Both the position numbers and the translations under genes were made by a program. From NCBI GenBank assembly GCA_001871595.1, contig MNVH01000011.1, forward strand, positions 1 to 61,659: DNA of 61,659 nucleotides, read 5' to 3'. This stretch comes from Candidatus Micrarchaeota archaeon CG1_02_55_22 (lineage in GTDB: Archaea > Micrarchaeota > Micrarchaeia > Norongarragalinales > UBA97). This document shows positions 42,464 through 51,460 of this stretch, piece after piece (the stretch's first letter is position 1; the number at the start of each line of letters is the position of its first letter). The notes under the pieces were generated by a model that saw only the letters and a program-made list of their open reading frames with translations, made no database searches and had not been told where the DNA came from.

Positions 42464-43059
42464 TTATCGAGCGCGTGGAGTCTGGGCCGTTTGGCACGAA
42501 CGCCTACCTAGTGGTTGATGGGTGCGCGGCAATGGTGGTGGATTGCCCGCAGGATTCTGCTGAAGAGCTAGTCAAGCTGGCCAAGCTTGCGAACGCAAAA
42601 ATCAAGCTCGTCGCAGTGACGCACGGGCACTTTGACCACGTGCACGATGTTGCAAAGCTCAAAGAGCTCACTGGTGCGAAGGTCGTGGTTCACGCGCTTG
42701 ACGCTCATTTGCTTGAATCGCCCGACGAATACGGTTTCGGGTTTACCACGCCGTCAAGCAAGCCGGATGCTTTTCTTGTGGAGGGCCAGGTCTTGCGTGT
42801 TGGTGCGGTGGAATTCTGCGTGTTGCACACGCCCGGGCACAGCAAGGGTAGTTGTTGTTTCTATTTTGAGAAAGAAGAATTATTGTTCTCCGGGGATTTG
42901 CTTTTCGCGGGCGGCGTGGGGCGCACTGACTTTCCGGAATCCAAGCACGCGGATTTGTTAGCTAGCTTGAAGCGCGTTGCCTCGCTTCCTCCGCAAACGC
43001 TTGTGCTGCCAGGCCACGGGTTTGACACCAGTGTCGGCGAGGCTGTTGCTTGGCTCTAG
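42460..43059 (+). CDS. MBL-fold metallo-hydrolase (glyoxalase II-like)
   Basis: Motifs VAVTHGHFDHVHD, HTPGHSKGS, GDLLFAGGVGRTDF and LPGHG. Confidence 0.8.
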   Translation: MIIERVESGPFGTNAYLVVDGCAAMVVDCPQDSAEELVKLAKLANAKIKLVAVTHGHFDHVHDVAKLKELTGAKVVVHALDAHLLESPDEYGFGFTTPSSKPDAFLVEGQVLRVGAVEFCVLHTPGHSKGSCCFYFEKEELLFSGDLLFAGGVGRTDFPESKHADLLASLKRVASLPPQTLVLPGHGFDTSVGEAVAWL

Positions 43060-43883
43060 GTTATGACCCGCAGTCCGGCTGGTTTCGAAGGCTTTTCAAG
43101 CGCGTCGACTATTGTTTTAAATGCGTCGGCATAGTCTTCGCGCAGCGCGGCAGGAACGCCCTCATCCCCAGATTCGCTTATCTTTGAGTCAAGGGGTATT
43201 GACGCGATTACTTTTGTTCCAAGTTTCTCGGCGAGCTCTCGCGCGTTTTCGCTTCCGCCGAAAGAGCCGCCCGCCATGTTCTCGACGACTCCGATGATGT
43301 TCTGTCCCATTTCTTTAGCCATGTTGCCGCTTCGCAAGGCGTCAAGGCATGCGAGCTTCTGCGGTGTGGTTACTATTAGGATTCCTTTTAATGGTACGAG
43401 TTGCATCATTGTCAGCGGCGCGTCGGAAGTTCCGGGTGGGAAATCCACTACTAATAAATCTAGCTCTCCCCAGTAGGTTGTCGCTAGTATTTCTGTGAGC
43501 ATGTTTGTAAGCATGGCGCCCCGCCACACTCTCGCTTTCTCTTCACGGCCTTGCAAAGCGTCCATGGAAACGATTTTTACTCCGTGCGCTTGGGGGGGTA
43601 GAATTCTTTTTCCGTCCGTGCTCGCGCGTTCGTTGCAGCCTAGTAGCACCGTAGCGTTCGGGCAGTCGATGTCAGCGTCGAGCAGGCCAACTTTTCTGCC
43701 GTTTCGGGCGAGCGCTACCGCCGTGTTGACTGCAATCGTCGTCTTTCCCACGCCGCCTTTGGCGCTGTACACTGCAATTACTCTTTTTATTCCTGCCAGG
43801 TTGGCCTCTATGCTTTTGCGCTGCTGCATGAAGCGTTCGTACGACTCGTGCTGGCGTTTCTGTGTCTCGGTTTCGTCGGTCAT
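43056..43883 (-). CDS. Mrp/NBP35-family Fe-S cluster carrier ATPase
   Basis: Deviant Walker A VYSAKGGVGKTTIAVNTAVALA, plus LLDADIDCPN and DLLVVDFPPGTSD. Confidence 0.85.
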   Translation of the reverse strand: MTDETETQKRQHESYERFMQQRKSIEANLAGIKRVIAVYSAKGGVGKTTIAVNTAVALARNGRKVGLLDADIDCPNATVLLGCNERASTDGKRILPPQAHGVKIVSMDALQGREEKARVWRGAMLTNMLTEILATTYWGELDLLVVDFPPGTSDAPLTMMQLVPLKGILIVTTPQKLACLDALRSGNMAKEMGQNIIGVVENMAGGSFGGSENARELAEKLGTKVIASIPLDSKISESGDEGVPAALREDYADAFKTIVDALEKPSKPAGLRVIT

Positions 43884-43897
43884 AGCATTTCTTGCCT

Positions 43898-44347
43898 TCA
43901 GATTGTTTTGAGTACTTGCGCTGCATGGCCTTTGGGCGTCACGCCGTCAAAGCGTTGCTTGACGCGTCCGTTCTTAATGGCGAGCGTGGTGCGCAGGACG
44001 CCTTCGTATTCGCGGCCCATGAACTTTTTCTTGCCCCACGCGCCGTACGCCTTTATTGTGGATAGTTCAGGGTCGCTTAAGAGCAGGAACTTGAGGTCTT
44101 GCTTTTGTGCGAAGCGGGCGTGGCTCGCGGTTGAATCCTTGCTTACGCCGATGACGACTGCGTTCTTTTTCGTGAATTCTTTTTCTGCGTCGCGGAATTC
44201 GCACGCTTCAATCGTGCAGCCGGGAGTGTCGTCCTTGGGGTAGAAGTATAGCACGATTGTTTTGCCTTTGAGTTCGGCGAGCGAGTGCGTTTTCCCGTTG
44301 GCGTCGGATAGTTTGAATTCGGGTGCTTTGTCCCCTTTTTTTAGCAT
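43898..44347 (-). CDS. bcp: Peroxiredoxin (Bcp type)
   Basis: FYPKDDTPGCTIEACEFRD with a thioredoxin-fold layout. Length is 149 aa. Confidence 0.85.
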   Translation of the reverse strand: MLKKGDKAPEFKLSDANGKTHSLAELKGKTIVLYFYPKDDTPGCTIEACEFRDAEKEFTKKNAVVIGVSKDSTASHARFAQKQDLKFLLLSDPELSTIKAYGAWGKKKFMGREYEGVLRTTLAIKNGRVKQRFDGVTPKGHAAQVLKTI

Positions 44348-44453
44348 ATTATTTCCTCGTTATCCATTTTGCCCGAAAGGTTACTAAAGCGTGCCGGAGG
44401 TAACGCGTTACTGGCTAGAAGGGGTTTTATTCGCTCACTGCGTTGTGGTAGTC

Positions 44454-44843
44454 ATGGGCAGCTGGCGTTACGTGAAAGGGGCGCACTACGAGCGCGAGCT
44501 CTCGAAAAAGCTGGTGGAAAAAGGTTTTCGAGTGGTGCGTTCGGCGGGCAGCGGTGTGGACGGTGTTTCGCCCGATTTGACCGTTCTCTCGTCGGTTCGC
44601 AAGTTCGCGTTGGAGTGCAAGGCGTGGAAGAACAGCGTTTATATCGACAAGGCCAAGTTTGTTCTCATGCAGGAGTGGGAGAAGGATACCGGCATGCCTA
44701 TCTATCTAGCTTGGAAGCATTACCGTGATTCGTGGAAATTCTTTCCGCTGTCCGCGTTGAAGGAGACGGAGAAGAATTTCGTGGCGTCGGAAGGCGATTT
44801 GGCAATAGGCTTGTCGTTCGACGAACTCGTCGCGCACCGTTGA
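44454..44843 (+). CDS. hjc: Holliday junction resolvase Hjc
   Basis: KGAHYERELSKKLVEKGFRVVRSAGSG...PDLTVL...FALECKAW fits the Hjc nuclease pattern (E...SG...D..ExK). Start set at ATG 44454. Confidence 0.75.
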   Translation: MGSWRYVKGAHYERELSKKLVEKGFRVVRSAGSGVDGVSPDLTVLSSVRKFALECKAWKNSVYIDKAKFVLMQEWEKDTGMPIYLAWKHYRDSWKFFPLSALKETEKNFVASEGDLAIGLSFDELVAHR

Positions 44844-44851
44844 ACTGGTTT

Positions 44852-45712
44852 TCAGCCCGTGTATCTTCCGTTGACGTAATAGCCCGTTCCGTTTGTCGTG
44901 ACAACTATCGTCCCAACTTCGGCGGTGTGGATGGTTTTGGCGTTGACGGCGGCGAAGCGGGCGAGCGCCTCAGGGTTGGGGTGGCCGTAACGGTTGTCCT
45001 CTCCAGCGCTTATCGCAACGAGCTCGGGTGATACTACAGCTAGGAACGGCTGCGAGGAAGAGTACTTGCTTCCGTGGTGGCCTGCCTTGAGTACTTTGCA
45101 CGGTGCCACGGCGTTGTCGGCGAGCATTCCTTCCTCGCTTTTCTTGTCGGCGTCGCCCGTCAGCAAGACGCAGAAGCTGTCCAGCGTGACGCGCAAGACT
45201 ACCGAGCGCGCGTTGTAGTCGCCTTCAAAGCCGTCGCGGGGCCATATTACTTGTGCGCGGGCGCCGCCTGCCAGTGGGATTTCGTCTCCTTGCTTGAGCG
45301 TCTTTTTCGGTATGGCGAGTGCGTCGAGCTTTTCGGCAATGCGTGCGTAGGTCTGCGTGTCCTTGTCGTCGCCGTTCGAGTCGAATTCAGCAACGCGGAC
45401 TTGGCCGAGCACGGTTTGGAAGCCCGCGATGTGGTCGGCGTCGGGGTGAGTCGCCAATGCGTGGTCGAGGCCCAGCGGGGCCGTCTCGGCGACCAAGCGC
45501 GTGGTGTTCTTCGCGTGGCTCGAATCGCCGGCATCTATAAGCAGGGTGGTGGTGTGCGTGGCGTTGCTTGCGATTACGAGCGTGGAGTCGCCTTGGCCGA
45601 CGTCGATGAAGTATATCGTCAGGTTCGCAGGGCTTGGAGGGGCGGATTGAGTGATGCAGGCCGACAGGAGCAGTGCTGCGGCTGCGAGCAGGTAAGGGGA
45701 CTTGGGCGTCAT
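44852..45712 (-). CDS. Secreted or lipid-anchored ComEC/Rec2-type metallo-beta-lactamase domain protein
   Basis: Lipobox-like LLLSAC is followed by YFIDVGQGDSTLVI, ATHPDADHIAG, LLTGDADK, KAGHHGSKYSS and NRYGHPNPE. The ATG at 45712 overlaps the upstream stop (ATGA). Confidence 0.7.
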   Translation of the reverse strand: MTPKSPYLLAAAALLLSACITQSAPPSPANLTIYFIDVGQGDSTLVIASNATHTTTLLIDAGDSSHAKNTTRLVAETAPLGLDHALATHPDADHIAGFQTVLGQVRVAEFDSNGDDKDTQTYARIAEKLDALAIPKKTLKQGDEIPLAGGARAQVIWPRDGFEGDYNARSVVLRVTLDSFCVLLTGDADKKSEEGMLADNAVAPCKVLKAGHHGSKYSSSQPFLAVVSPELVAISAGEDNRYGHPNPEALARFAAVNAKTIHTAEVGTIVVTTNGTGYYVNGRYTG

Positions 45713-46164
45713 TTCTTGTGGGGGCTGATGTCGGGTATGGGGTTGTGCGAGCCGCCGATGTTGGACATTTTGCTCCACTGGTGGTAGAATTTCGCTTCGC
45801 GTCTCTCAACGTAGTATTTGGCGATCGCAGTGAGCCCGTAGAGCAGCGTCGCAACTCCGCCGAGGGCGTAGAATATTATGAACAGGCGCGTTGCTTGGTG
45901 GGTTGGTACGAAGTCGCCGTATCCCACGGTGGTGAGGGTCATGGTTGCGAAGTATGCCGAGTCAATCCAGTCCCAGCCTTCAAGCAGGTGCGCGGCGATT
46001 GTTCCAACCGAAAGCAGGGCCGCTATGACTATCGCAATATAGATTATCTTGGCTTTTTGTTCGCCCATGGCGTGCGCCGAGTAGGCTTCGAGCTGGAGCG
46101 CTTGCTGGAGCAGGTTGTCTTGCTTTGCTTTCGGCATCTTTTTTGCAATTACCATGTTCTGCAT
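45709..46164 (-). CDS. Minimal two-TM potassium channel
   Basis: The selectivity filter TLTTVGYGDFVP lies between two TM helices. At 151 aa there is no RCK or other regulatory domain. Confidence 0.8.
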   Translation of the reverse strand: MQNMVIAKKMPKAKQDNLLQQALQLEAYSAHAMGEQKAKIIYIAIVIAALLSVGTIAAHLLEGWDWIDSAYFATMTLTTVGYGDFVPTHQATRLFIIFYALGGVATLLYGLTAIAKYYVERREAKFYHQWSKMSNIGGSHNPIPDISPHKK

Positions 46165-46220
46165 GTGGGCTTAACGTTTTTCTCGTATTTAATTGTAGAG
46201 CTAAGTTGGAACCGGGTAGA

Positions 46221-47429
46221 TTATTCGGCGAACACGGTTTTCTCGATTATTTTCTTGATTTTGTCCGCGTCGTAGGCGAGGCGCACGAGCGTGGTGTGCC
46301 CGCGGATGCCTTTGCCGCTTTGTACTGTGTTGATGAGGCCGAGCATCTCGAGCTCGGAGAGGTACTCGCGGTACCAGCGTGAGGTGCGCGGTTGTTTTCC
46401 GGCTTTTTTTGTCAGGCTTGCGTAGCGTTCGTAGATTTCGCCCGAGAAGTATAGTTTCTCACCGCCGTCTTCGACGAGTTTCTTGTAGTGGACGTCTTGT
46501 GCGAGGGTTGCGAGCGCGTACAAAAGCAGCTGTTGGTGTTCTGGCAGGGTGCCGACGACTTCGAAGGCCTTGTCCTCGTCGGCGGCCTTGCGGGCTTCTT
46601 CGACTTGTGCGTCGACTATGGTTTTGGCGTCGCGTCTCTCGACGAGTTCGCCGGCGCGGAGCATGAGCGAGAGCGCGTAGCGGGCGTCGCCGTTCTCTGA
46701 CGCTGCGATTGCAGCTGCAAGGTTTATTGCGCTGTCGTTTACCACGCCTTTCTCGAACGCGGTCTCGCAGCGGTTGCGCAGTATTCCTTGCAATTGTGCC
46801 GCGTTGTAGGGTTGGAATACTATTTCCTCTTCGCAAAGCGAGCTTTTCGAGCGGGGGTCGAGCCGGTTCTTGAAGTTGACGCGGTTTGATATGCCGATTA
46901 CCGAGACGCTTCCCTTGCCGAGGTCGTCGTTGGCTCTAGTAAGCGTGTAGATTAGGTTGTCTAGGTCGGAGATAAAGTCGATTTCGTCGAGGATCACTAG
47001 GACGTGCTTTCCGGTTGTGTCTTTGTTCTTCGGGCCCTCTATCCAGTCGAGGAGTTCTTCGTAGAGCACCGTGAAAGAGTGGCCGGTCTTGGCGAATGAG
47101 GGCTTGAACGCGGTGATGACTCTTTGGAGTATCTTGTACCGCGAGTCGTAGACTCTGCAGTTCATGTAAACGGCGTGGACGTGGTCTTCTTTGCGTTCCT
47201 CGATTTTTTCAAGGACCTGCTTTACTGACGAGGTTTTCCCGGTGCCGGTCTTGCCGTAGATGAAGAGGTTTTTGGCCTTCCTTTGCTGGAGGACGGGCGA
47301 GACTGCCACCATGATGCGACGGATTTCGTCTTCGCGGTATAACAAGGACTCTGGTAGGTAGTGTGGCGAGAGGACTTCGCGGTCTGAAAATACGCCTTTC
47401 CCAGCAAGTATTTCGTCAAAACTAGGCAA
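46221..47429 (-). CDS. cdc6: Orc1/Cdc6 replication initiation protein
   Basis: Walker A LFIYGKTGTGKTSSV, Walker B VLVILDEID and a C-terminal winged helix (...GKGIRGHTTLVRLA). Confidence 0.9.
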   Translation of the reverse strand: MPSFDEILAGKGVFSDREVLSPHYLPESLLYREDEIRRIMVAVSPVLQQRKAKNLFIYGKTGTGKTSSVKQVLEKIEERKEDHVHAVYMNCRVYDSRYKILQRVITAFKPSFAKTGHSFTVLYEELLDWIEGPKNKDTTGKHVLVILDEIDFISDLDNLIYTLTRANDDLGKGSVSVIGISNRVNFKNRLDPRSKSSLCEEEIVFQPYNAAQLQGILRNRCETAFEKGVVNDSAINLAAAIAASENGDARYALSLMLRAGELVERRDAKTIVDAQVEEARKAADEDKAFEVVGTLPEHQQLLLYALATLAQDVHYKKLVEDGGEKLYFSGEIYERYASLTKKAGKQPRTSRWYREYLSELEMLGLINTVQSGKGIRGHTTLVRLAYDADKIKKIIEKTVFAE

Positions 47430-47553
47430 TCATCCACTCCTCCCGACTGGTATAAGTACGAACCAAGATTTATATGTTCACTGAAAGGCGCTCTGTTTGC
47501 AAAGCAACGTTTTTAAGGTCTCCGTTAGATTATTAGTGCAGCAAGGTACGGTG

Positions 47554-47928
47554 ATGTTCATGAGCATATTTCAGCGGATTTCTAGGTCAATGGGTTCTAA
47601 CGAAGAGTTAGATTTGGATTCGATTATGAGCGCGGCAGAGAAGCCTCCCTCGGCAGAGGAAGCAGCTCCCGTGCGCGCCGACGCCTACGTAAAGTCGCTT
47701 GCTTTACAGAGCGACAACGACTTGCGCGTGGTTCAAGAAGAGCTCGGCAGCAAGAACATGGTTCTACTCAACATTTCCGCGCTTTCCCGGAATCCGGCCA
47801 AGCTCAAGCTGGCCGTGACGAAACTAACCGAATACGTGCGCTCGATAAACGGCGACATTGCCCGCATCGACGAGGACAAAATCCTCCTCACGCCCGCCAA
47901 CGTCAAAATCGTCAAGAAACGCAAGTAG
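47554..47928 (+). CDS. sepF: SepF-like cell-division protein
   Basis: YVKSLALQSDNDLRVVQEELGSKNMVLLNISAL...INGDIARIDEDKILLTPANVKI fits the SepF/DUF552 pattern. Start set at ATG 47554. Confidence 0.65.
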   Translation: MFMSIFQRISRSMGSNEELDLDSIMSAAEKPPSAEEAAPVRADAYVKSLALQSDNDLRVVQEELGSKNMVLLNISALSRNPAKLKLAVTKLTEYVRSINGDIARIDEDKILLTPANVKIVKKRK

Positions 47929-48002
47929 TTATCGCACGAGCAGTTGCGAATATCGCAGTGTTTCCGGTGCTTTTTTATGGCTAGCGCAAGCTAGTCTTCG
48001 TT

Positions 48003-49325
48003 ATGGGTAATAGAAAGCTTACCGTAATGAAGTTTGGCGGCGGCGTGCTCTCGAACCGGCAGGATTTCGAACGGGCGGCAGGCATAATTTCCGCCCGCCG
48101 CGCTTCGGGTGAGCGGATAGTCGTCGTGGTGAGCGCCGTGTCGGGAGTCACCGACTGGCTTTTAGGCAATTCGGGCAAGCTCTCGCCGTCAGAAGTCGCG
48201 CGCCACCTCGTCGAGTTGCACGAACCACTTGCTAGCGCGCCGTTCGCCAAGTTGTGCCTTCCGCTTGAAGAAAAGCTTGCTTCAAATGATTTGGATCGGG
48301 GTGAGTTCGTCGCTTCTTTCGGCGAGCGGCTTTCGGCGATAGCTTTGGCATCTGTTTTGCAGGACCGCGGCATTCAAGCAAGGGCTTTCGACGCCGAGTC
48401 GGCGGGTATTGCTTGCGTTGGAGTAGCTGGCCGCGCGTCCGGCGATGAGGTTGTGACCGCGCGAAACCTATCCGCTTCAGTCACGCCGTTGCTTGATGAT
48501 TCAGTTGCAGTTGTTACTGGCTATTACGGCGTGATGCCGGACGGGCGCGTCTCTACTTTTGGTAGGGGCGGAAGCGATTATAGCGCTGGGCTCGTCGCCG
48601 CGTGTCTCAACGCGGGTAGGTTGGAGTTGTGGAAGCACGTTGACGGGTTCCTTTCGTGCGACCCGCGTTTCGTGCCGTTAGCGCGCCGCGTGAAAAGCCT
48701 CTCTTACGGTGAGGCGCAAGAACTCGGCTTTTTCGGTGCCAAGATCCTGCATCCTAAAACAGTGATTCCGTTGCGGGCCAAGCGTATTCCAGTTATTATA
48801 CGCAACGTCGAACGGCCGGACGGCGAGGGAACGGTTATCGCTTCAAGGGAAAGCCGAGGGCTGGAACTAAAGTCGTTGGCGTTTAAGCGCGAGGTCGCGT
48901 GCGTCTATGTGCAGGGCGAGTGGCTCGCTGAGTTTCCAGGCCTTGCTTCAACAGTGTTCGGCGCGGTGAGCTCGGTTGGGGTGAGCATTGACGTTATTGC
49001 GACGAGCGAGTTGAACTTGTGCTTTACGACGAGCCGAGGGGATGCGTTGAAGGCTGCTGGCGCTGTCGCGTCGGTGCCGGGCATCAGCGGCGTGAGCACG
49101 CGTTGCGACTTGTCGTTAGTCTCGTTAATTGGCGACGGCTTGGTTGACACGCCTAATGTCGGCGGCAGGGCGTTCGGTGCTTTAGGGTGCGAGGGCGTCA
49201 ACGTCGAGCTTATCTCTAATGGCGCGAGCAACTCGAACTTGTCGTTCGTGGTTGCGGAAAAGGATTTGGAGCGGGCGGTAAAGATTTTGCATAAAGAATT
49301 CTTTGAGGGGGATGCAAATGCGTAA
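48003..49325 (+). CDS. lysC: Aspartate kinase
   Basis: N-terminal VMKFGGGVL, plus GRGGSDYSA and AKILHPKTV, with two ACT-like C-terminal repeats. Confidence 0.85.
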   Translation: MGNRKLTVMKFGGGVLSNRQDFERAAGIISARRASGERIVVVVSAVSGVTDWLLGNSGKLSPSEVARHLVELHEPLASAPFAKLCLPLEEKLASNDLDRGEFVASFGERLSAIALASVLQDRGIQARAFDAESAGIACVGVAGRASGDEVVTARNLSASVTPLLDDSVAVVTGYYGVMPDGRVSTFGRGGSDYSAGLVAACLNAGRLELWKHVDGFLSCDPRFVPLARRVKSLSYGEAQELGFFGAKILHPKTVIPLRAKRIPVIIRNVERPDGEGTVIASRESRGLELKSLAFKREVACVYVQGEWLAEFPGLASTVFGAVSSVGVSIDVIATSELNLCFTTSRGDALKAAGAVASVPGISGVSTRCDLSLVSLIGDGLVDTPNVGGRAFGALGCEGVNVELISNGASNSNLSFVVAEKDLERAVKILHKEFFEGDANA

Positions 49326-50373
49326 AGCGGTTATTCTTGGTGCTACTGGCGCAGTTGGACAGCGGTTTATACAGCTGCTGGATGGGCATCCGGATTTCGA
49401 GGTCGCCGTTCTGGCCGCGAGCGGAAGGAGCGCAGGCAAAACTTATCGTGACGCGTGCAATTGGATTGTGCGCGAGGCTGCAATGCCGCCTGCGGTGGCA
49501 AGCTTGCCCGTCGTCGAGTGCACTCCCGAAGCCGTTCGAGCCGTTTGCGACGTGGACTTGGCGTTCTCGTGTCTGCCCGGCGATATCGCAGGTGTTACCG
49601 AGGAAGCGTTCGCTAAAGCAGGCATTCCCGTCTTTTCCAAGGCTTCGGCCCACCGCATGGATGCCGACGTGCCCTTGCTCGTGCCCGAGATAAACCCCGA
49701 GCACTCTGCGTTGGTGGAGCGGCAGAAGCGCGAACGGGGATGGGATGCGTTTATCACGACCGACCCAAACTGCTCGACGACGCAGTTGGTGCTTACCTTG
49801 CATCCGTTGCGCAGGCTCGGCCTTGCGTGCGTCCGAGTGGCGACAATGCAAGCGTTGAGCGGTGCGGGTTATCCTGGCGTTGCCAGCATGGATATCATGG
49901 ACAACGTGGTTCCGTTCATCAAGGGCGAGGAAGAAAAGATGATGTTGGAACCGCAAAAGATTTTCGGCGAGTTGGAGGAAGGTTCTATTGTACCTGCAGG
50001 CATGCCAATAGACGCCATGTGCCACCGTGTCCCCGTGCTTGAAGGTCACTTGGAGGCGGTGTTCGTCGAGTTCGATGCGCCTGTGACTCGTGATGCAGTC
50101 CTCGACGCGTGGTCTGGCTTCAAGGGTGAGCCACTAGAGTTGGGTTTGCCTTCCGCGGCAACGCCCGTTGAGTTTGTCGAGGGCGATGCTCGCCCACAGC
50201 ACCGTTTCGACGTCTTGCGTGGCAAGGGCATGACTGTTTCAACGGGGCGGCTCAAAATCTCGGGCGACGGCCTCTCCGCGCAATTCCTCTGCTTGGGCCA
50301 CAACACGATTCGTGGTGCTGCTGGCGAGGGAATACTGCAAGCCGAGTACTTTAACGCGAAGAAGCTGTTCTAG
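49318..50373 (+). CDS. asd: Aspartate-semialdehyde dehydrogenase
   Basis: Motifs MRKAVILGATGAVGQRF, NPNCSTTQLVL and LGHNTIRGAAG. The ATG at 49318 lies 6 nt after GAGGGGG and overlaps the lysC 3' end. Confidence 0.85.
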   Translation: MRKAVILGATGAVGQRFIQLLDGHPDFEVAVLAASGRSAGKTYRDACNWIVREAAMPPAVASLPVVECTPEAVRAVCDVDLAFSCLPGDIAGVTEEAFAKAGIPVFSKASAHRMDADVPLLVPEINPEHSALVERQKRERGWDAFITTDPNCSTTQLVLTLHPLRRLGLACVRVATMQALSGAGYPGVASMDIMDNVVPFIKGEEEKMMLEPQKIFGELEEGSIVPAGMPIDAMCHRVPVLEGHLEAVFVEFDAPVTRDAVLDAWSGFKGEPLELGLPSAATPVEFVEGDARPQHRFDVLRGKGMTVSTGRLKISGDGLSAQFLCLGHNTIRGAAGEGILQAEYFNAKKLF

Positions 50374-50425
50374 CTAGGCTGTTTAAGAAACATTTAAAGC
50401 CCGTCGCCGCGAAAGCTTAGTGCAT

Positions 50426-51460
50426 ATGATTCTCGACGCGCCCTCTTTTAAGACGCTGCTCACGCCAGAAGTCGCGCTCTCCATAGTCCAGAAAGAGATT
50501 GCGCGGCGAAGGTGGCCGATGGAGCTCAGCGAGATTCGTCTCGCTTACGTGCCTTACTGGGTGTTTTCCTTCGACGTTCTTGCCGAGGGGCCTACCCCGA
50601 GCGGCCGTGCGGCACTGAACGCCGCGTCCGGCGAGTTGGATGAGTTTGTACCTCAAATTCTATTAAAGCCGTTCAAAAAGACTAAGGAAACAGAGGAGGG
50701 TTCCGAGGTTGAGCCAACCAACGTCTCGCGTTCGGAGGCTGAGAAGGTTGCTCCGGCTAAAGTCGCTGCAACCGCGGGAATCAAGCGTGACGCCGTTGCT
50801 GTAAGCGCGCTTGCAAAATATTATCTTCCGACTTACTATGTTTGGGTTAACATTCCGAGTCTTGGCGAGTTCAAGATAGAGCTCGATGCATTGACTGGTT
50901 CGCCCAACGGCTTGGAGCAAATACCTGCCAAGGAGAAGGGTTGGAACGACTCGGCTTCAGAGGCGTTGGACAAGATGAAGACTCCCAAGGGGTGGGCCGA
51001 TCTTGCAGGCGAGGCCGCTAGCACTGCGGGGCAAGGCAAGGGGCCCTCCCTATTGTCTAACAAGTACGTGGTCTGGGTGGGCTTGATTGTCCTAATACTT
51101 GTTGTCTTGTTCTTCTTTAATCGTCAGGGCTCTGCCGTAGTCAACTGCATGGTTGGTAATGCTTATTTGGGCGCGCCTGAGTACTTGGGCCTATTCGGCG
51201 ATTCGTACTTGAAGCCTGCAAAGACGCTTTCCGGTCAGCTGGTGGTGCGGGGCTCGTGCGAGTACACTAACAAGAATTCCAACGACGTGACCGCGTGCGT
51301 GAGGCTTGACGTGCTCCGCGACAGCGCCACTATCGGGACTAACACGTCTTGCCTCAACGTGCCTGCCGGCACCGAGGTACCGCGCGAGAAAGATTTCGAA
51401 ATCGCGTTCAACGGCTCTTCTTCCGTGCGCTACCGCTTCCGGTCAGAACAGACCGTGTAG
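50426..51460 (+). CDS. Hypothetical single-pass membrane protein with two PepSY-like N-terminal modules
   Basis: The pattern ...YVPYWVFSFDV...ALNAASGELD and ...YLPTYYVWVNI...ELDALTGSPNG is repeated. It is followed by a TM helix (VVWVGLIVLILVVLFFF) and a Cys-containing C-terminal domain. Confidence 0.5.
   Translation: MILDAPSFKTLLTPEVALSIVQKEIARRRWPMELSEIRLAYVPYWVFSFDVLAEGPTPSGRAALNAASGELDEFVPQILLKPFKKTKETEEGSEVEPTNVSRSEAEKVAPAKVAATAGIKRDAVAVSALAKYYLPTYYVWVNIPSLGEFKIELDALTGSPNGLEQIPAKEKGWNDSASEALDKMKTPKGWADLAGEAASTAGQGKGPSLLSNKYVVWVGLIVLILVVLFFFNRQGSAVVNCMVGNAYLGAPEYLGLFGDSYLKPAKTLSGQLVVRGSCEYTNKNSNDVTACVRLDVLRDSATIGTNTSCLNVPAGTEVPREKDFEIAFNGSSSVRYRFRSEQTV

Noticed and set aside
47430-47553. 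Possible replication origin next to orc1/cdc6.
   Set aside because: The spacer is only about 124 nt. I saw no repeated ORB or mini-ORB-like elements and no extended A/T-rich unwinding region. The 9-nt TAGATTATT shared with 46210-46218 is most likely chance. An origin may lie elsewhere.
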